In this document: in pieces, positions 1-8,381 of the stretch | How positions within the stretch are numbered: position 1 is the first letter of the stretch | How the letters are laid out: every line of letters starts with the position of its first letter | From: an uncultured delta proteobacterium | GTDB lineage: Bacteria > Desulfobacterota > Syntrophobacteria > BM002 | Assembly: GCA_963712115.1 (NCBI GenBank) | Contig: CAVQGX010000005.1 | Span: forward strand, 1 to 22,736 | Reading direction: 5' to 3' | Length of the DNA: 22,736 nucleotides | Notes under the pieces: generated by a model | The model's input: the letters and a program-made list of their open reading frames with translations, nothing else | Told to the model about the DNA's origin: nothing | Database searches by the model: none | Program-made: the position numbers and the translations under genes

Positions 1-25
1 TGTGAATTAAGGGATGATATACAAA
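1..25 (+). repeat. A-type 25-bp site of the repeated tripartite element (TGTGAATTA AGGGATG ATATACAAA)
   Basis: The same motif with invariant AGGGATG spacer recurs at 2285, 12285, 15577, 18176 and 19143/20501. It is an imperfect inverted copy of the B site ending the window. Confidence 0.9.
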
Positions 26-70
26 GTTTCGTAGTGATCGAAAGGAGGAGTGCTATCGTTTTCTAACAAT

Positions 71-1066
71 CTACACAGCCTTTCGATATTGAGTAGGAGT
101 AACCCCTCTCCACCGTTTGAACGCCCTTGAAAAGGCACTGGATTCTGAAAAACCTAGTAAAAATGCAATCTCTGTCATGCTGGTGTCTTGATCTTTTAAA
201 TACTTTTGGGCCAAATCCTGACGGATCTCATTTAAAAGAGTATTGAAGGTCGTACCAGCACTCTGAAGTTGCCGTTGTAAATTGCGAGAACTCATATACA
301 GTGCCCGAGCCACATTTTCATCGGTAACGTTACCTGAAGGAAGCTGATCGATGATAACTGCTTTGACCTTCTCGGTGATACGATCGTGATCTAGCTGGGC
401 AAGATACTCAATCATTACCTGATCATTGAGTTCAGCAAGTTGAGGATTTGAACCGGGCAGACTCTTATCAGCAGCTTCAATTGGTAATGTTAGACTGTTT
501 GCGGGAGCTTCAAAAACAACTGGAGAGCGGAAATACTCATAGAACCTCGCAGAACAAGAAGGCTTTGGATGTGTAAATGTCACTGATAACGGTGCCAGAT
601 CTTCTATGTAGTTCGTACGGCACATACTCATTGTAACAGCCAGGATGGCATCGTTTCGTGCAGGGATATCTCGCTTTTCATGGCTGGAAATGAGAGTGTA
701 AGTCAGTCCCGCTTCCGTTTCATTTAATTTAATGAATCGTTCATCAGAAAGAAAACGATGATATCGGTCCACTCTCTCGAGGGCTGTCCGCAAATTGTTG
801 CTTGCGAGCATAGCGTAGCCTAAGGCGCCGAAATTCGAAGGATGCCAAAACTCAGCAGCTTTAAGGCCGAAACAGGGATCATCAATAATCTTAGAGGCTT
901 TGCGCCATAGATTATCGATACTATCCAGTCTATATCTCCCTCCAGGTCGTTTCATCAGCTCAGGGTTCAGGCCCATTTCCCTAAACAGGAGCTCAGGATC
1001 AATTCCGTAAGATTCCAGTATGTTCCACACACCCATCAATAGACTGGCGTTATTCGTAGCGTACAT
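71..1066 (-). CDS. AraC-family transcriptional regulator (OruR/VqsM-like N-terminal domain)
   Basis: 331 aa with a C-terminal double HTH: VARALYMSSRNLQRQL...EIAFLLGFSESSAFSRAFKRWRGVTPTQYR. The N-terminal GALGYAMLAS segment is typical of this subfamily. Confidence 0.93.
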   Translation of the reverse strand: MYATNNASLLMGVWNILESYGIDPELLFREMGLNPELMKRPGGRYRLDSIDNLWRKASKIIDDPCFGLKAAEFWHPSNFGALGYAMLASNNLRTALERVDRYHRFLSDERFIKLNETEAGLTYTLISSHEKRDIPARNDAILAVTMSMCRTNYIEDLAPLSVTFTHPKPSCSARFYEYFRSPVVFEAPANSLTLPIEAADKSLPGSNPQLAELNDQVMIEYLAQLDHDRITEKVKAVIIDQLPSGNVTDENVARALYMSSRNLQRQLQSAGTTFNTLLNEIRQDLAQKYLKDQDTSMTEIAFLLGFSESSAFSRAFKRWRGVTPTQYRKAV

Positions 1067-1219
1067 TCTATAGACCCCTTTCTTTCGTTAATCCCCCAAA
1101 TTCGAAATTAGTCTTGTTCTCCCTTTATCAAATTTGGCGTGATGAGTCAAAAGATCGGCGCTCAGAGTCAAGCATTTAATGGTTTTGCTACTTATGATCT
1201 CCATAAAAGAACTGGAGAA

Positions 1220-1594
1220 ATGAAGGTGATGACAAAAAAGAACTTGAGCGAAATAATGGGGATTTGTGACCAACGTAGACACACGAGACTGAAGAAAAAC
1301 TTTCAGGTGACGTTACACAAGAGAGTTCCTGTTAATCTAGATTTATTGCTGAAAGGAAATACCTTGGATCTGAGTCGAGGTGGTTCCTTCATTGAGACTG
1401 AAGGCTGGCATCTTTTCGAACCTAATGAGGTAACGGAACTTACTTTCTTTTTCCCAACGGGCTTTAGCGGCAAGGATACTCCTATTGGTTTACAGGGATC
1501 AGCTATTGTCAGAAGAGTCGATAAATTAAGAGAAGGGATCGCTGTAGAGTTTATCAATGAGCTCAGGCATTTTAAACAAATCGCAGTGTGTTGA
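1220..1594 (+). CDS. PilZ domain protein (c-di-GMP receptor) 1
   Basis: RxxxR (RRHTR) and DxSxxG (DLSRGG) motifs plus GIAVEF strand. Start uncertain (1139/1220/1229); GGAG at 1214. Confidence 0.85.
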   Translation: MKVMTKKNLSEIMGICDQRRHTRLKKNFQVTLHKRVPVNLDLLLKGNTLDLSRGGSFIETEGWHLFEPNEVTELTFFFPTGFSGKDTPIGLQGSAIVRRVDKLREGIAVEFINELRHFKQIAVC

Positions 1595-1694
1595 TGATCC
1601 TGCAAACACCTGTGGCCCGGACGTACCTCATGACGAGAATATCCCCTTAGTTCCATTGGATCGTACACTCAAAGTCTGATTGGCGTGTTTGGAG

Positions 1695-1750
1695 TTTGCA
1701 TATCATACTTTAATTCAAACTTTTGCTGTTGTGAAACCACCACAACAGAG
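1695..1750 (+). repeat. B-M half-site (B 1695-1719 TTTGCATAT CATACTT TAATTCAAA; left half of M at 1741)
   Basis: Matches B consensus. CACAACA begins 22 bp after the B end, as in the other copies. Confidence 0.85.
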
Positions 1751-1797
1751 GTATTAGAGCATTTAAGTTGTATTTGAGAGAGAGGTACAATGATCTC

Positions 1798-2121
1798 ATG
1801 AAAGATAGACGGCAATATGCACGAGCAGAAGTTAAGTGGCCTGTGACTATTATATCCTCTGAGCAAAAAGCTTCTGGTGAAATAGAAAGCATCAGCCAAG
1901 TGGGTGCATGCATTTACAGCCAAGAACTACCTCTACCAGGACAAGAATTGTCATTGGTGATTCAACCTCCCAATCGCCAGTCATTCTGTGTCTTTGCCAA
2001 AACAATTTGGGGAGTTGACGCTGGCTCCCCAGAAAAGCCATACCGATTTGCCCTTGGTGTGCAGTTTGAAGACATCTCGGAAGATGACATTCAATTTATT
2101 AGTGAGATTGTTTCCAAATAG
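1798..2121 (+). CDS. PilZ domain protein 2 (paralog of 3927-4259)
   Basis: RQYAR motif, SISQVG in place of D/NxSxxG, GVQF strand. GAGG RBS upstream. Confidence 0.88.
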   Translation: MKDRRQYARAEVKWPVTIISSEQKASGEIESISQVGACIYSQELPLPGQELSLVIQPPNRQSFCVFAKTIWGVDAGSPEKPYRFALGVQFEDISEDDIQFISEIVSK

Positions 2122-2202
2122 TTAACATATGCTCAAAATACTTTATTAATCCCTGTGTTAGTGTAGGCTTGATGATCTGAAGCCCAGGCTAGTCCCCTGG
2201 AC

Positions 2203-2309
2203 TGTGAATTACATACTTTAATCCACACTTTTCCCCCGAAGAACCCACTACCACAATTTGTGCTAGATTCACTGGGAGCAAAAGTGTAAATTAAGGGATG
2301 TAATTCACA
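2203..2309. repeat. Complete tripartite B-M-A site (B 2203-2227, M 2249-2262, A 2285-2309)
   Basis: TGTGAATTACATACTTTAATCCACACTTTT ... AAAAGTGTAAATTAAGGGATGTAATTCACA is an imperfect 30-bp inverted repeat around TACCACAATTTGTG. Confidence 0.92.
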
Positions 2310-2494
2310 CTTTCGATGTGACCGAGGTGAGTTTACATTTCTCGTTATTATATGTATTTTGGGAATACCTTGTTTTCGGGCCAATGCTGAAAACGAATAC
2401 TGATTTAGATCAGTCTAGAAGTAGACAAATATCGTTTTCTATGTTTTCCATGCAGCGAACGACAACTCCGTTTGGAAGATCGGACTAGATTAGA

Positions 2495-3331
2495 ATGATT
2501 AGGCTATCGTTTTATTACTTGGTGGCGGCATTGCTCGCTGCCTGTGCAACAATGAATCCAGCTAGCAATCCTGCCGAATTGGCTCGCACATTGGATAAAG
2601 CCATTGTAGCTATACCCGTTAGTAAGTATTCGAAAAACATTGATTCCGAAAGTGATTATGCTGATGTGTATGATAAATTTTGGCAAGTTAAGAATGAAAT
2701 GGCGAAAATACCGGACGAGGCCAAGATACCATTAGTGATCTATATGCATGGCTGCGGTGGAATTATGTTTAGAGAGCGTGTTCATATTCGTTTTCTCTTT
2801 GATAATAACTACGCAGTCCTTGCCCCCGATAGTTTTGCTCGCGACTACAAGCCTAAAAGCTGTAATCCCTATAACCTTACAGGAGGTTTCCATAGGGGGG
2901 TGCTGAGGTATCGATTGGCTGAAGCGCGTTTTGCTTACGAGTTTGCAAAAACACTACCTTGGGTAGATAAGCAAAACATTTTCCTAATGGGCTTTAGCGA
3001 GGGAGGGATAACAACTGCGAGATATGGTCAAGGCGGCCTAGCTGGAAGAGTAATTTTGGGATGGACTTGTAGTGCGGGGTGGACAGAATATAGGGGCATT
3101 GTAGGACCCAGAGATGAACCCATACTTGCAGTAGTTTCTCTAAAAGACCCCTGGTTTAGTGAACCTTGGATGCATGGTAACTGCGGTATGTTTATGGCGT
3201 TCAGAAAAAATAGCGAATCCGTTGTCTTAGATGGGCCTTATCATGATGTTCTGGCGTTGCCTGGAGTACAAGAAAAAGTGATTCAATTCCTTAGGGCTCG
3301 CACTCACTCCTCGAAGCCTGAAGACGGGTAA
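2495..3331 (+). CDS. Lipoprotein, dienelactone-hydrolase-like alpha/beta hydrolase
   Basis: Lipobox LAAC, HGCGG oxyanion region, nucleophile elbow GFSEG, and candidate Asp (KDPW) and His (YHD). Confidence 0.85.
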   Translation: MIRLSFYYLVAALLAACATMNPASNPAELARTLDKAIVAIPVSKYSKNIDSESDYADVYDKFWQVKNEMAKIPDEAKIPLVIYMHGCGGIMFRERVHIRFLFDNNYAVLAPDSFARDYKPKSCNPYNLTGGFHRGVLRYRLAEARFAYEFAKTLPWVDKQNIFLMGFSEGGITTARYGQGGLAGRVILGWTCSAGWTEYRGIVGPRDEPILAVVSLKDPWFSEPWMHGNCGMFMAFRKNSESVVLDGPYHDVLALPGVQEKVIQFLRARTHSSKPEDG

Positions 3332-3386
3332 GTACAGAGCTCTATTTAATCGTTAATGTGGGAAGTCCGCACAGCTTTTTCCAAAC

Positions 3387-3441
3387 TTTACATATCATAC
3401 TCCACACTTGCCCTTTTGAGAACTGACCACAACATCTGTGG
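3387..3441 (+). repeat. B-M half-site with 5-bp deletion in B (TTTACATAT CATAC-----TCCACA; M 3428-3441)
   Basis: Aligns to B consensus with TTTAA missing. M (CACAACATCTGTGG) begins 22 bp after the B end. Confidence 0.78.
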
Positions 3442-3448
3442 GTTTAAG

Positions 3449-3588
3449 GCTATTCATTTGTCAAAGAACGAATGGGGCATTTGCCACGCTTTTTTCTCAG
3501 GACAACAACCCCCGCTCCTGAGAGAGCCTGTTTAGCTTTCCTCCTAACAGTATTGGTGCATGGCTAATCCCCTGGCATGCTTTCTGCA
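3449..3588 (+). repeat. About 140-bp noncoding module duplicated at 14834-14975 (hairpin plus sigma54 promoter)
   Basis: Shared blocks in the same order: GCTATTCATT-GTCAAAGAA, CAACAA-CCCCGCTCC, GAGCCT, GTATTGGTGCATGGCTAATCC, TGGCAT..CTGCA. Confidence 0.9.
3573..3588 (+). promoter_or_regulatory. Putative sigma54 (-24/-12) promoter
   Basis: TGGCATGCTTTCTGCA: GG-N10-GC, about 50 bp upstream of the lipoprotein start. Confidence 0.65.
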
Positions 3589-3638
3589 CATAAATTTAGC
3601 TGGAAATTGGTACCAACTAACTGAATATGGAGTTACTA

Positions 3639-3893
3639 ATGAAAAGATGTCTATTAGTCCTCTTCATCCTTCTTGTAACTGCCTGCTCCCACGCTCCAGA
3701 ATATCCCCTTCCCGATCCACCCTATTTCGCATCTGTCTCAGGGCAACGCTGCGCAATTGAATGTCGGCAAGAGGATTATGAATGCAAAATGGATTGCCTA
3801 GGAACCAAAAGCGAACAGATTGCATGTGTTTCTGAATGCAACCAGGGGCTCGACCAGTGCTACCAGCTTTGTACAGTGGTATTAGAGTTGTAA
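3639..3893 (+). CDS. Small cysteine-rich lipoprotein
   Basis: GGAG RBS at 3629, signal peptide with lipobox VTAC, and two C-x3-C-x6-C-x3-C blocks. Confidence 0.75.
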   Translation: MKRCLLVLFILLVTACSHAPEYPLPDPPYFASVSGQRCAIECRQEDYECKMDCLGTKSEQIACVSECNQGLDQCYQLCTVVLEL

Positions 3894-3926
3894 CGGTAAT
3901 ATCGGGGAGAGAGGTACAATGGTCTC

Positions 3927-4259
3927 ATGAAAGATAGACGGCAATTCGCACGAGCAGAAGTTAAGTGGCCTGTGACTATTCTATCCCCTGAGCAACAACC
4001 TCCTGGTGAAATAAAAAGCATCAGTCAAGTGGGTGCATCCATTTACTGCCAAAAACTACCTCCAGCAGGACAGGAACTCTCATTGGAGATTCAACCTCCC
4101 AATCGCCAGTCATTCTTAGTCTTTGCCAAACCAATTTGGGCAGTTGACGCTGACTCCTCAGAAAGGCCATACCGATTTGTCTTTGGTGTCCAGTTTGAAT
4201 ACATCTCAGAAGATGACCTTCAGTTCCTTGGTAACATTGTTTCCCAACAGTCGCATTAA
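3927..4259 (+). CDS. PilZ domain protein 3 (paralog of 1798-2121)
   Basis: RQFAR, SISQVG, GVQF motifs. About 75% aa identity to PilZ 2 by manual alignment. Confidence 0.88.
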   Translation: MKDRRQFARAEVKWPVTILSPEQQPPGEIKSISQVGASIYCQKLPPAGQELSLEIQPPNRQSFLVFAKPIWAVDADSSERPYRFVFGVQFEYISEDDLQFLGNIVSQQSH

Positions 4260-4531
4260 TAGAGTTCGATCTAGCCCCGGATAATCATAGGGCAATTTTG
4301 CTCGTTCAATAACAATCTCTTCTCCACCACGCTCTCCTAGGTTCACACAGCCAATTATCGGAATACCTCTGCCGCTGTTACGCACTCGTCCCGAATCTCT
4401 CTGATTACAGATTTGATTTCTTCTGGTAGTAAGCTATCAATCGGCCTTATGCGGAGTTCAGCCAGGGCAACTATGGCATCCTTGAAGTCCACACAGAATT
4501 AGTGTGCTTCCCACCTCTCGGAACTATCATT

Positions 4532-4606
4532 GCGCTTGCCCTTGTGGTTGATGAACACCCACCATTCACCGGAGTGTTTGACTTGTTATCTAACAATTAC
4601 AGCCAT
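4532..4606 (-). pseudogene. Remnant resembling the N-terminal arm-binding segment of a tyrosine integrase
   Basis: The minus strand reads MAVIVR*QVKHSGEWWVFINHKGKR with AGGTG upstream. It has an in-frame stop and is truncated. Family assignment is from recalled similarity. Confidence 0.45.
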
Positions 4607-4924
4607 TTAAATCACCTACTCCAATTTTACTATTTTAGTAGTTAAAACTATTAATGATACAAATTTAGGCTATCACCCCCTTCTTTTTAGGTTTCACAAG
4701 TAACTCTCTTGTGGTGGATTACTTTCTGGTAGCGTTTCCCCAGCCCCCAAGCAAGAGACACGCTACCATCCTAGCCCCCATTAGCCTTGGTTCGCTGGAC
4801 TGGTCAGTGGGCTTTCTTTTTTCTTGCCACCTACCTACTCATTTCTGTATTTTGAAAACAGTCTGAGATCGTCTGAAGATGTACGAGAAAGAATCCTCCT
4901 ACTGATAGCCCCCCGCAATCGACT

Positions 4925-5263
4925 ATGAGCACTGACAACCGCCGCCACTTTAGAGCTAGAGTCAAATGGCCTGTTTTAATCCAGACTCCCACCGACCTCG
5001 TTGATGGAAAAACTGAAAACCTCAGTCTAAGCGGTGCATTCATCCGCCTATCGAAGCAATTGAACTCCAGTGCCGAAATACCTTTAGTCCTAAATGCCAA
5101 GGGACGGTTCATACCATGTAACGCTCAAATCGTCTGGTCTGACGAGCGCAACCTTTCAGACCAGAGAAAATTCCTTGGAATCGGAGTGCGCTTCACTCGT
5201 ATGATGCTCCACGACCGAGAGTTTCTTTATCGTGAAATTTCAAATGACGCTAGGGTTAAATAA
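4925..5263 (+). CDS. PilZ domain protein 4
   Basis: RRHFR and NLSLSG motifs, GIGVRF strand. Confidence 0.88.
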   Translation: MSTDNRRHFRARVKWPVLIQTPTDLVDGKTENLSLSGAFIRLSKQLNSSAEIPLVLNAKGRFIPCNAQIVWSDERNLSDQRKFLGIGVRFTRMMLHDREFLYREISNDARVK

Positions 5264-5315
5264 GCTATCTTCAATCAGACGTCATAGGATGGCGAGAGGA
5301 AGAGTCTGAGTAAAT

Positions 5316-5651
5316 ATGGAACAAGCAGTCGATCTAAACCTAATATTAGGAATCATCTTTGGACTTCTCGGCATCTTTCTGGTCGGTCTGTGGATTGCAG
5401 TTCCTTTTGTGGTGTTCAGCATGAGAAAAAGCTTGAATGAAACTAACAGGCGCCTTGAAAAGATACTTTCCAGACGCCCTGAAGACATACTTAATAAGCG
5501 CCTTGAAGAAATACTGTTGGAGCTTAAGACTCTGAGCAAAGCTATGCGGACTCAGGCTGCGCCGATTGAGGAAAAATCAGAAAACAGACGTCAACGTCAT
5601 ACAATAACTCAGCTTTACCGAACACCGAAAGAGGAAGACCCGAACAAATAG
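5316..5651 (+). CDS. Hypothetical single-pass membrane protein
   Basis: Hydrophobic residues 7-34 followed by a coiled-coil-like repeat NRRLEKIL/NKRLEEIL. Confidence 0.7.
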   Translation: MEQAVDLNLILGIIFGLLGIFLVGLWIAVPFVVFSMRKSLNETNRRLEKILSRRPEDILNKRLEEILLELKTLSKAMRTQAAPIEEKSENRRQRHTITQLYRTPKEEDPNK

Positions 5652-5664
5652 TTCAGGATCGCTG

Positions 5665-5859
5665 ATGGAAAGAACCAGGAATCCCTTTCCCCCAGAATGT
5701 CCCAAGCAGTGTCCATGCGGTCATAAGCATCTTTCATGGTCTACAGACGATGACCGCATCTTCTGCTGGGATTGCAACCGGAGATACCTACTACTTGCCT
5801 GTTTCAAACCACCAGAGCGTGACCTGTCTGAATTTGAAAAGCCCAATGATCAGCCTTGA
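5665..5859 (+). CDS. Small putative zinc-binding protein
   Basis: 64 aa with CPKQCPCG and CWDC Cys clusters, starting 13 bp downstream of the previous gene. Confidence 0.55.
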   Translation: MERTRNPFPPECPKQCPCGHKHLSWSTDDDRIFCWDCNRRYLLLACFKPPERDLSEFEKPNDQP

Positions 5860-6055
5860 CCCTAACGACATCAAACGAGTCAAACTTTATTCTGTCAAAT
5901 ATTCAAAATAAAATAACCGTAGTGGTTCAGCCAGACGAAAAAATGTGTCCTGTGCGTGGTACCGCGCTGCCAGCACAAGAGAAGTTATAGCAACTCCCGC
6001 TGCCCGAACAACCTCTTTAACTTCGCAGCCAGCATCATTGCTACGAGAGTAAAAA

Positions 6056-6427
6056 TTGTGGGAAAAAGATATATTAGAGTTGTCTAATCTTTTGCAATAT
6101 ATAATAGACCAATATATATATGAAATCAGTCTATATAATCAATGGAAACAAAGAGCAGACTCAATTTATGAAGAGAAATTGCACAAGATATTAGAGAACT
6201 TATTAATAGCACTGAATTTAATTTCTCAAATAATTACGTTCGAAATAGCATTACAAAATCTAAGTCTCGAAGATAGACAGATTTACGCATCATTTTTTCA
6301 TACAGCTAAAGAAATTATTGCCAGAACAGACTTGGATAAAATACGCAAAGGTCAGATAATTCACAACCTAGCTGCTCAATTATATTTCAATTCTGAACAA
6401 TTGCAGAATTTAAACAAACATCGCTAG
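6056..6427 (+). CDS. Hypothetical protein with C-terminal RKGQIIH motif
   Basis: C-terminus RTDLDKIRKGQIIHNLA matches 6525-6923 and the GGDEF protein tail. TTG start uncertain. Confidence 0.6.
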   Translation: MWEKDILELSNLLQYIIDQYIYEISLYNQWKQRADSIYEEKLHKILENLLIALNLISQIITFEIALQNLSLEDRQIYASFFHTAKEIIARTDLDKIRKGQIIHNLAAQLYFNSEQLQNLNKHR

Positions 6428-6524
6428 GGAGGCCAGGAGAATAAGACGTGCGGTAGCCACATCTTTCACTTTTCAAAGAGCACTGAGGAGTCTCGGCTCC
6501 CACTCAAGAAAGGAGAACAAAATT

Positions 6525-6923
6525 ATGGAGTTAGATAGCAGTTCTATGAAGTTGAAGGTAAAGCCGACATCCTATCCTGTAATGGAAATTTCTCTAAAAA
6601 ACAGGAGTGAACATGAGGATGACCTTTTGGAAACAGAAGTTACATTCTCGAGGGAGTTTTGGCTGAGTCTAGCGGACACGCTCAGGGAAGGAGCCAAGAG
6701 CATAGATGCTTTTGGTTCGCAAAGGGTAATATCGGGATTAAATCATATGGCCCAGAGAATATCGGAAGAAATTGAAGCAGAAAATCGCAGACTTCAATTT
6801 AAGGAAGCCTATGGGTCTTTTACGAATTTTGTCGTTCAAATCAGTAGCAGAAAGGATTTAGATGATGTGCGTAAAGGTCAAATTATTCACGATATGGCTC
6901 GCAAGTTGAAACTGGAGGATTGA
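6525..6923 (+). CDS. Hypothetical protein, stand-alone homolog of the GGDEF protein C-terminal domain
   Basis: AAGGAG RBS. Aligns over about 125 aa with the last domain of 8382-10022 (SYP, TEVxFxRxFW, QRIxxEIEAE, RKGQ..HD). Confidence 0.85.
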   Translation: MELDSSSMKLKVKPTSYPVMEISLKNRSEHEDDLLETEVTFSREFWLSLADTLREGAKSIDAFGSQRVISGLNHMAQRISEEIEAENRRLQFKEAYGSFTNFVVQISSRKDLDDVRKGQIIHDMARKLKLED

Positions 6924-7007
6924 AGACAGACATATTCAGGTGAGACATAATATAGAGCAATACTGAGTAAAAAGAGAGACAGTCTTCTATTCATTTTCCA
7001 AGACCCT

Positions 7008-7027
7008 GCGGAGCTTATCGGCTCCGC
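7008..7027 (+). terminator. GCGGAG-family hairpin, terminator-like
   Basis: GCGGAGC-TTATCG-GCTCCGC followed by a T-rich tract. Confidence 0.65.
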
Positions 7028-7064
7028 TGTTATTTTCAGCACACTTAACCGAAAGCGAACATTA

Positions 7065-8100
7065 CCCTAATGTTGCATAAAAATCTGGTTTACGTCGATT
7101 TTGCTTCTAAGCTGCCTTTTGCACTGCCTCCAAGAAGTGCAGAAGATCTTTGCGAACTGCTGGGTTTGCGCTCATGGTGAGTGTCAGTTGGCCCTGGGGT
7201 CGTATGAGCCGTCCGGCGCGTTGAATGAAGCGGTGTCTGAGGGTATCTAGAGTTTGGAACTTCCAAGCTGCGGGGCGTTTCGGGCGAGCTCGCAGCAAGG
7301 GTGGATTTGCCAGCATTTGTATTTCTCGGGCTAAGTTGTGAGCCATCATCGCGCAAAGGGTATAGACCTGGTTGCCTGCCAAGCGCCGAGTGGGAATGAC
7401 ATTGAGGCCACAGTTGTTTTTGGCCTCGCCGAAGATGGCTTCTTGGGAGCTGCGGCCATTATGAAACAGCACGACGCTTTTGGCTGAGTTGGTTTTGTTG
7501 GTAACGATAACCTTATATTGGTAGTTGAAGTCACGTGGTTCAAACAGATCAAGTTGCAAAGGGCCTTTATATTGGCTTTTAACTCTTCTGCGAGTGAAAA
7601 TGAACCGATATTTCGTCTGCCACGATTTTGGCTTCCACCTGGCCTCAAAGTATGACCACTGCCTATCAACGATCCGCCAGCGTTGTCGCACCTCAATCAT
7701 TTGTTTGAGCTCTGCAAATCTTTCGAAGGGGACAGAGCCTGTAAACTGCACCTTGTTGGTATCAAAGACATCAAATATCTCCTTGTTGAAGAAAGCTGCA
7801 TCGATTCGCGATTCAAATCTGGTATTCGCTAGCTCGCTTCGTGCTTTTTCAAAACAGCGCATCATGAAATCAACGGCACCATTGGAGTCATGGACATTGC
7901 CAGGGCGGTGATGCACGTCAAAGAATTGGCCTGTTTGCGCGACGCTGCAAAACAGTGGATAGTAACTGCGTGCACCCTTTTTCCTTTTGTTGAAACCGAC
8001 AGCCGTGCCCTCTGCATGCGCTTTGGTGCTGAGCACGGAGCCATCAAAATCCAAGGTCAGGTTTATTTGTGAAAAACCCGATTTTTATGCAACATTAGGG
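7065..8100 (-). mobile_element. IS1380-family element, internally deleted, inserted in a B site
   Basis: 21-bp perfect terminal IR CCCTAATGTTGCATAAAAATC, with ATTA on both flanks (7061-7064, 8101-8104). Only 1036 bp long. Confidence 0.9.
7107..8054 (-). pseudogene. IS1380-family DDE transposase, 5'-truncated
   Basis: Begins at LTLDFDGS (first catalytic Asp region) about 40 bp from the IR. Also has RIDAAF and [15 protein letters not shown] motifs. The N-terminal part is absent. Confidence 0.85.
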
Positions 8101-8193
8101 ATTACTTTAATCTAAACTCTGGCTACTTCAGAGCACGTCCCACATTTTGTGTTAGCCTTTCAGGGGGCAAGGTATGTCATACTTTAGATCAGA
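8101..8193 (+). repeat. Remainder of IS-split B site (to 8116), M box (8138-8151) and a second B-like core (8169-8193) where A is expected
   Basis: ATTACTTTAATCTAAA, then TCCCACATTTTGTG 22 bp later, then GGGGGCAAGGTATGT-CATACTT-TAGATCAGA. Confidence 0.7.
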
Positions 8194-8381
8194 ACAATTT
8201 ACCCAAGTATCTAGAGCGTTTCCTTCCCATCGAAGTTATGTCAGCAGATCCTATTATTCTATGGCTCACTCATCTTTAACTCATAGCGCGAATCTAAAAA
8301 ATTCTCCAAAGCGATGGGATTGAGAAGTGCTCATAATAATCGCAGTTTGAGTCAGCTATTCACTCCAGAAGATGCTGACCT

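Noticed and set aside
2203-2309. Integron attC or Xer dif/pdif site
   Set aside because: No RYYYAAC/GTTRRRY boxes, no intI, and no TTATGTTAAAT-like XerD arm.
2285-2309. CRP/FNR binding site
   Set aside because: The TGTGA-like and TCACA half-sites are 15 bp apart, not 6.
1798-4259. Diversity-generating retroelement TR/VR pair
   Set aside because: Differences are not adenine-specific and there is no reverse transcriptase in the window.
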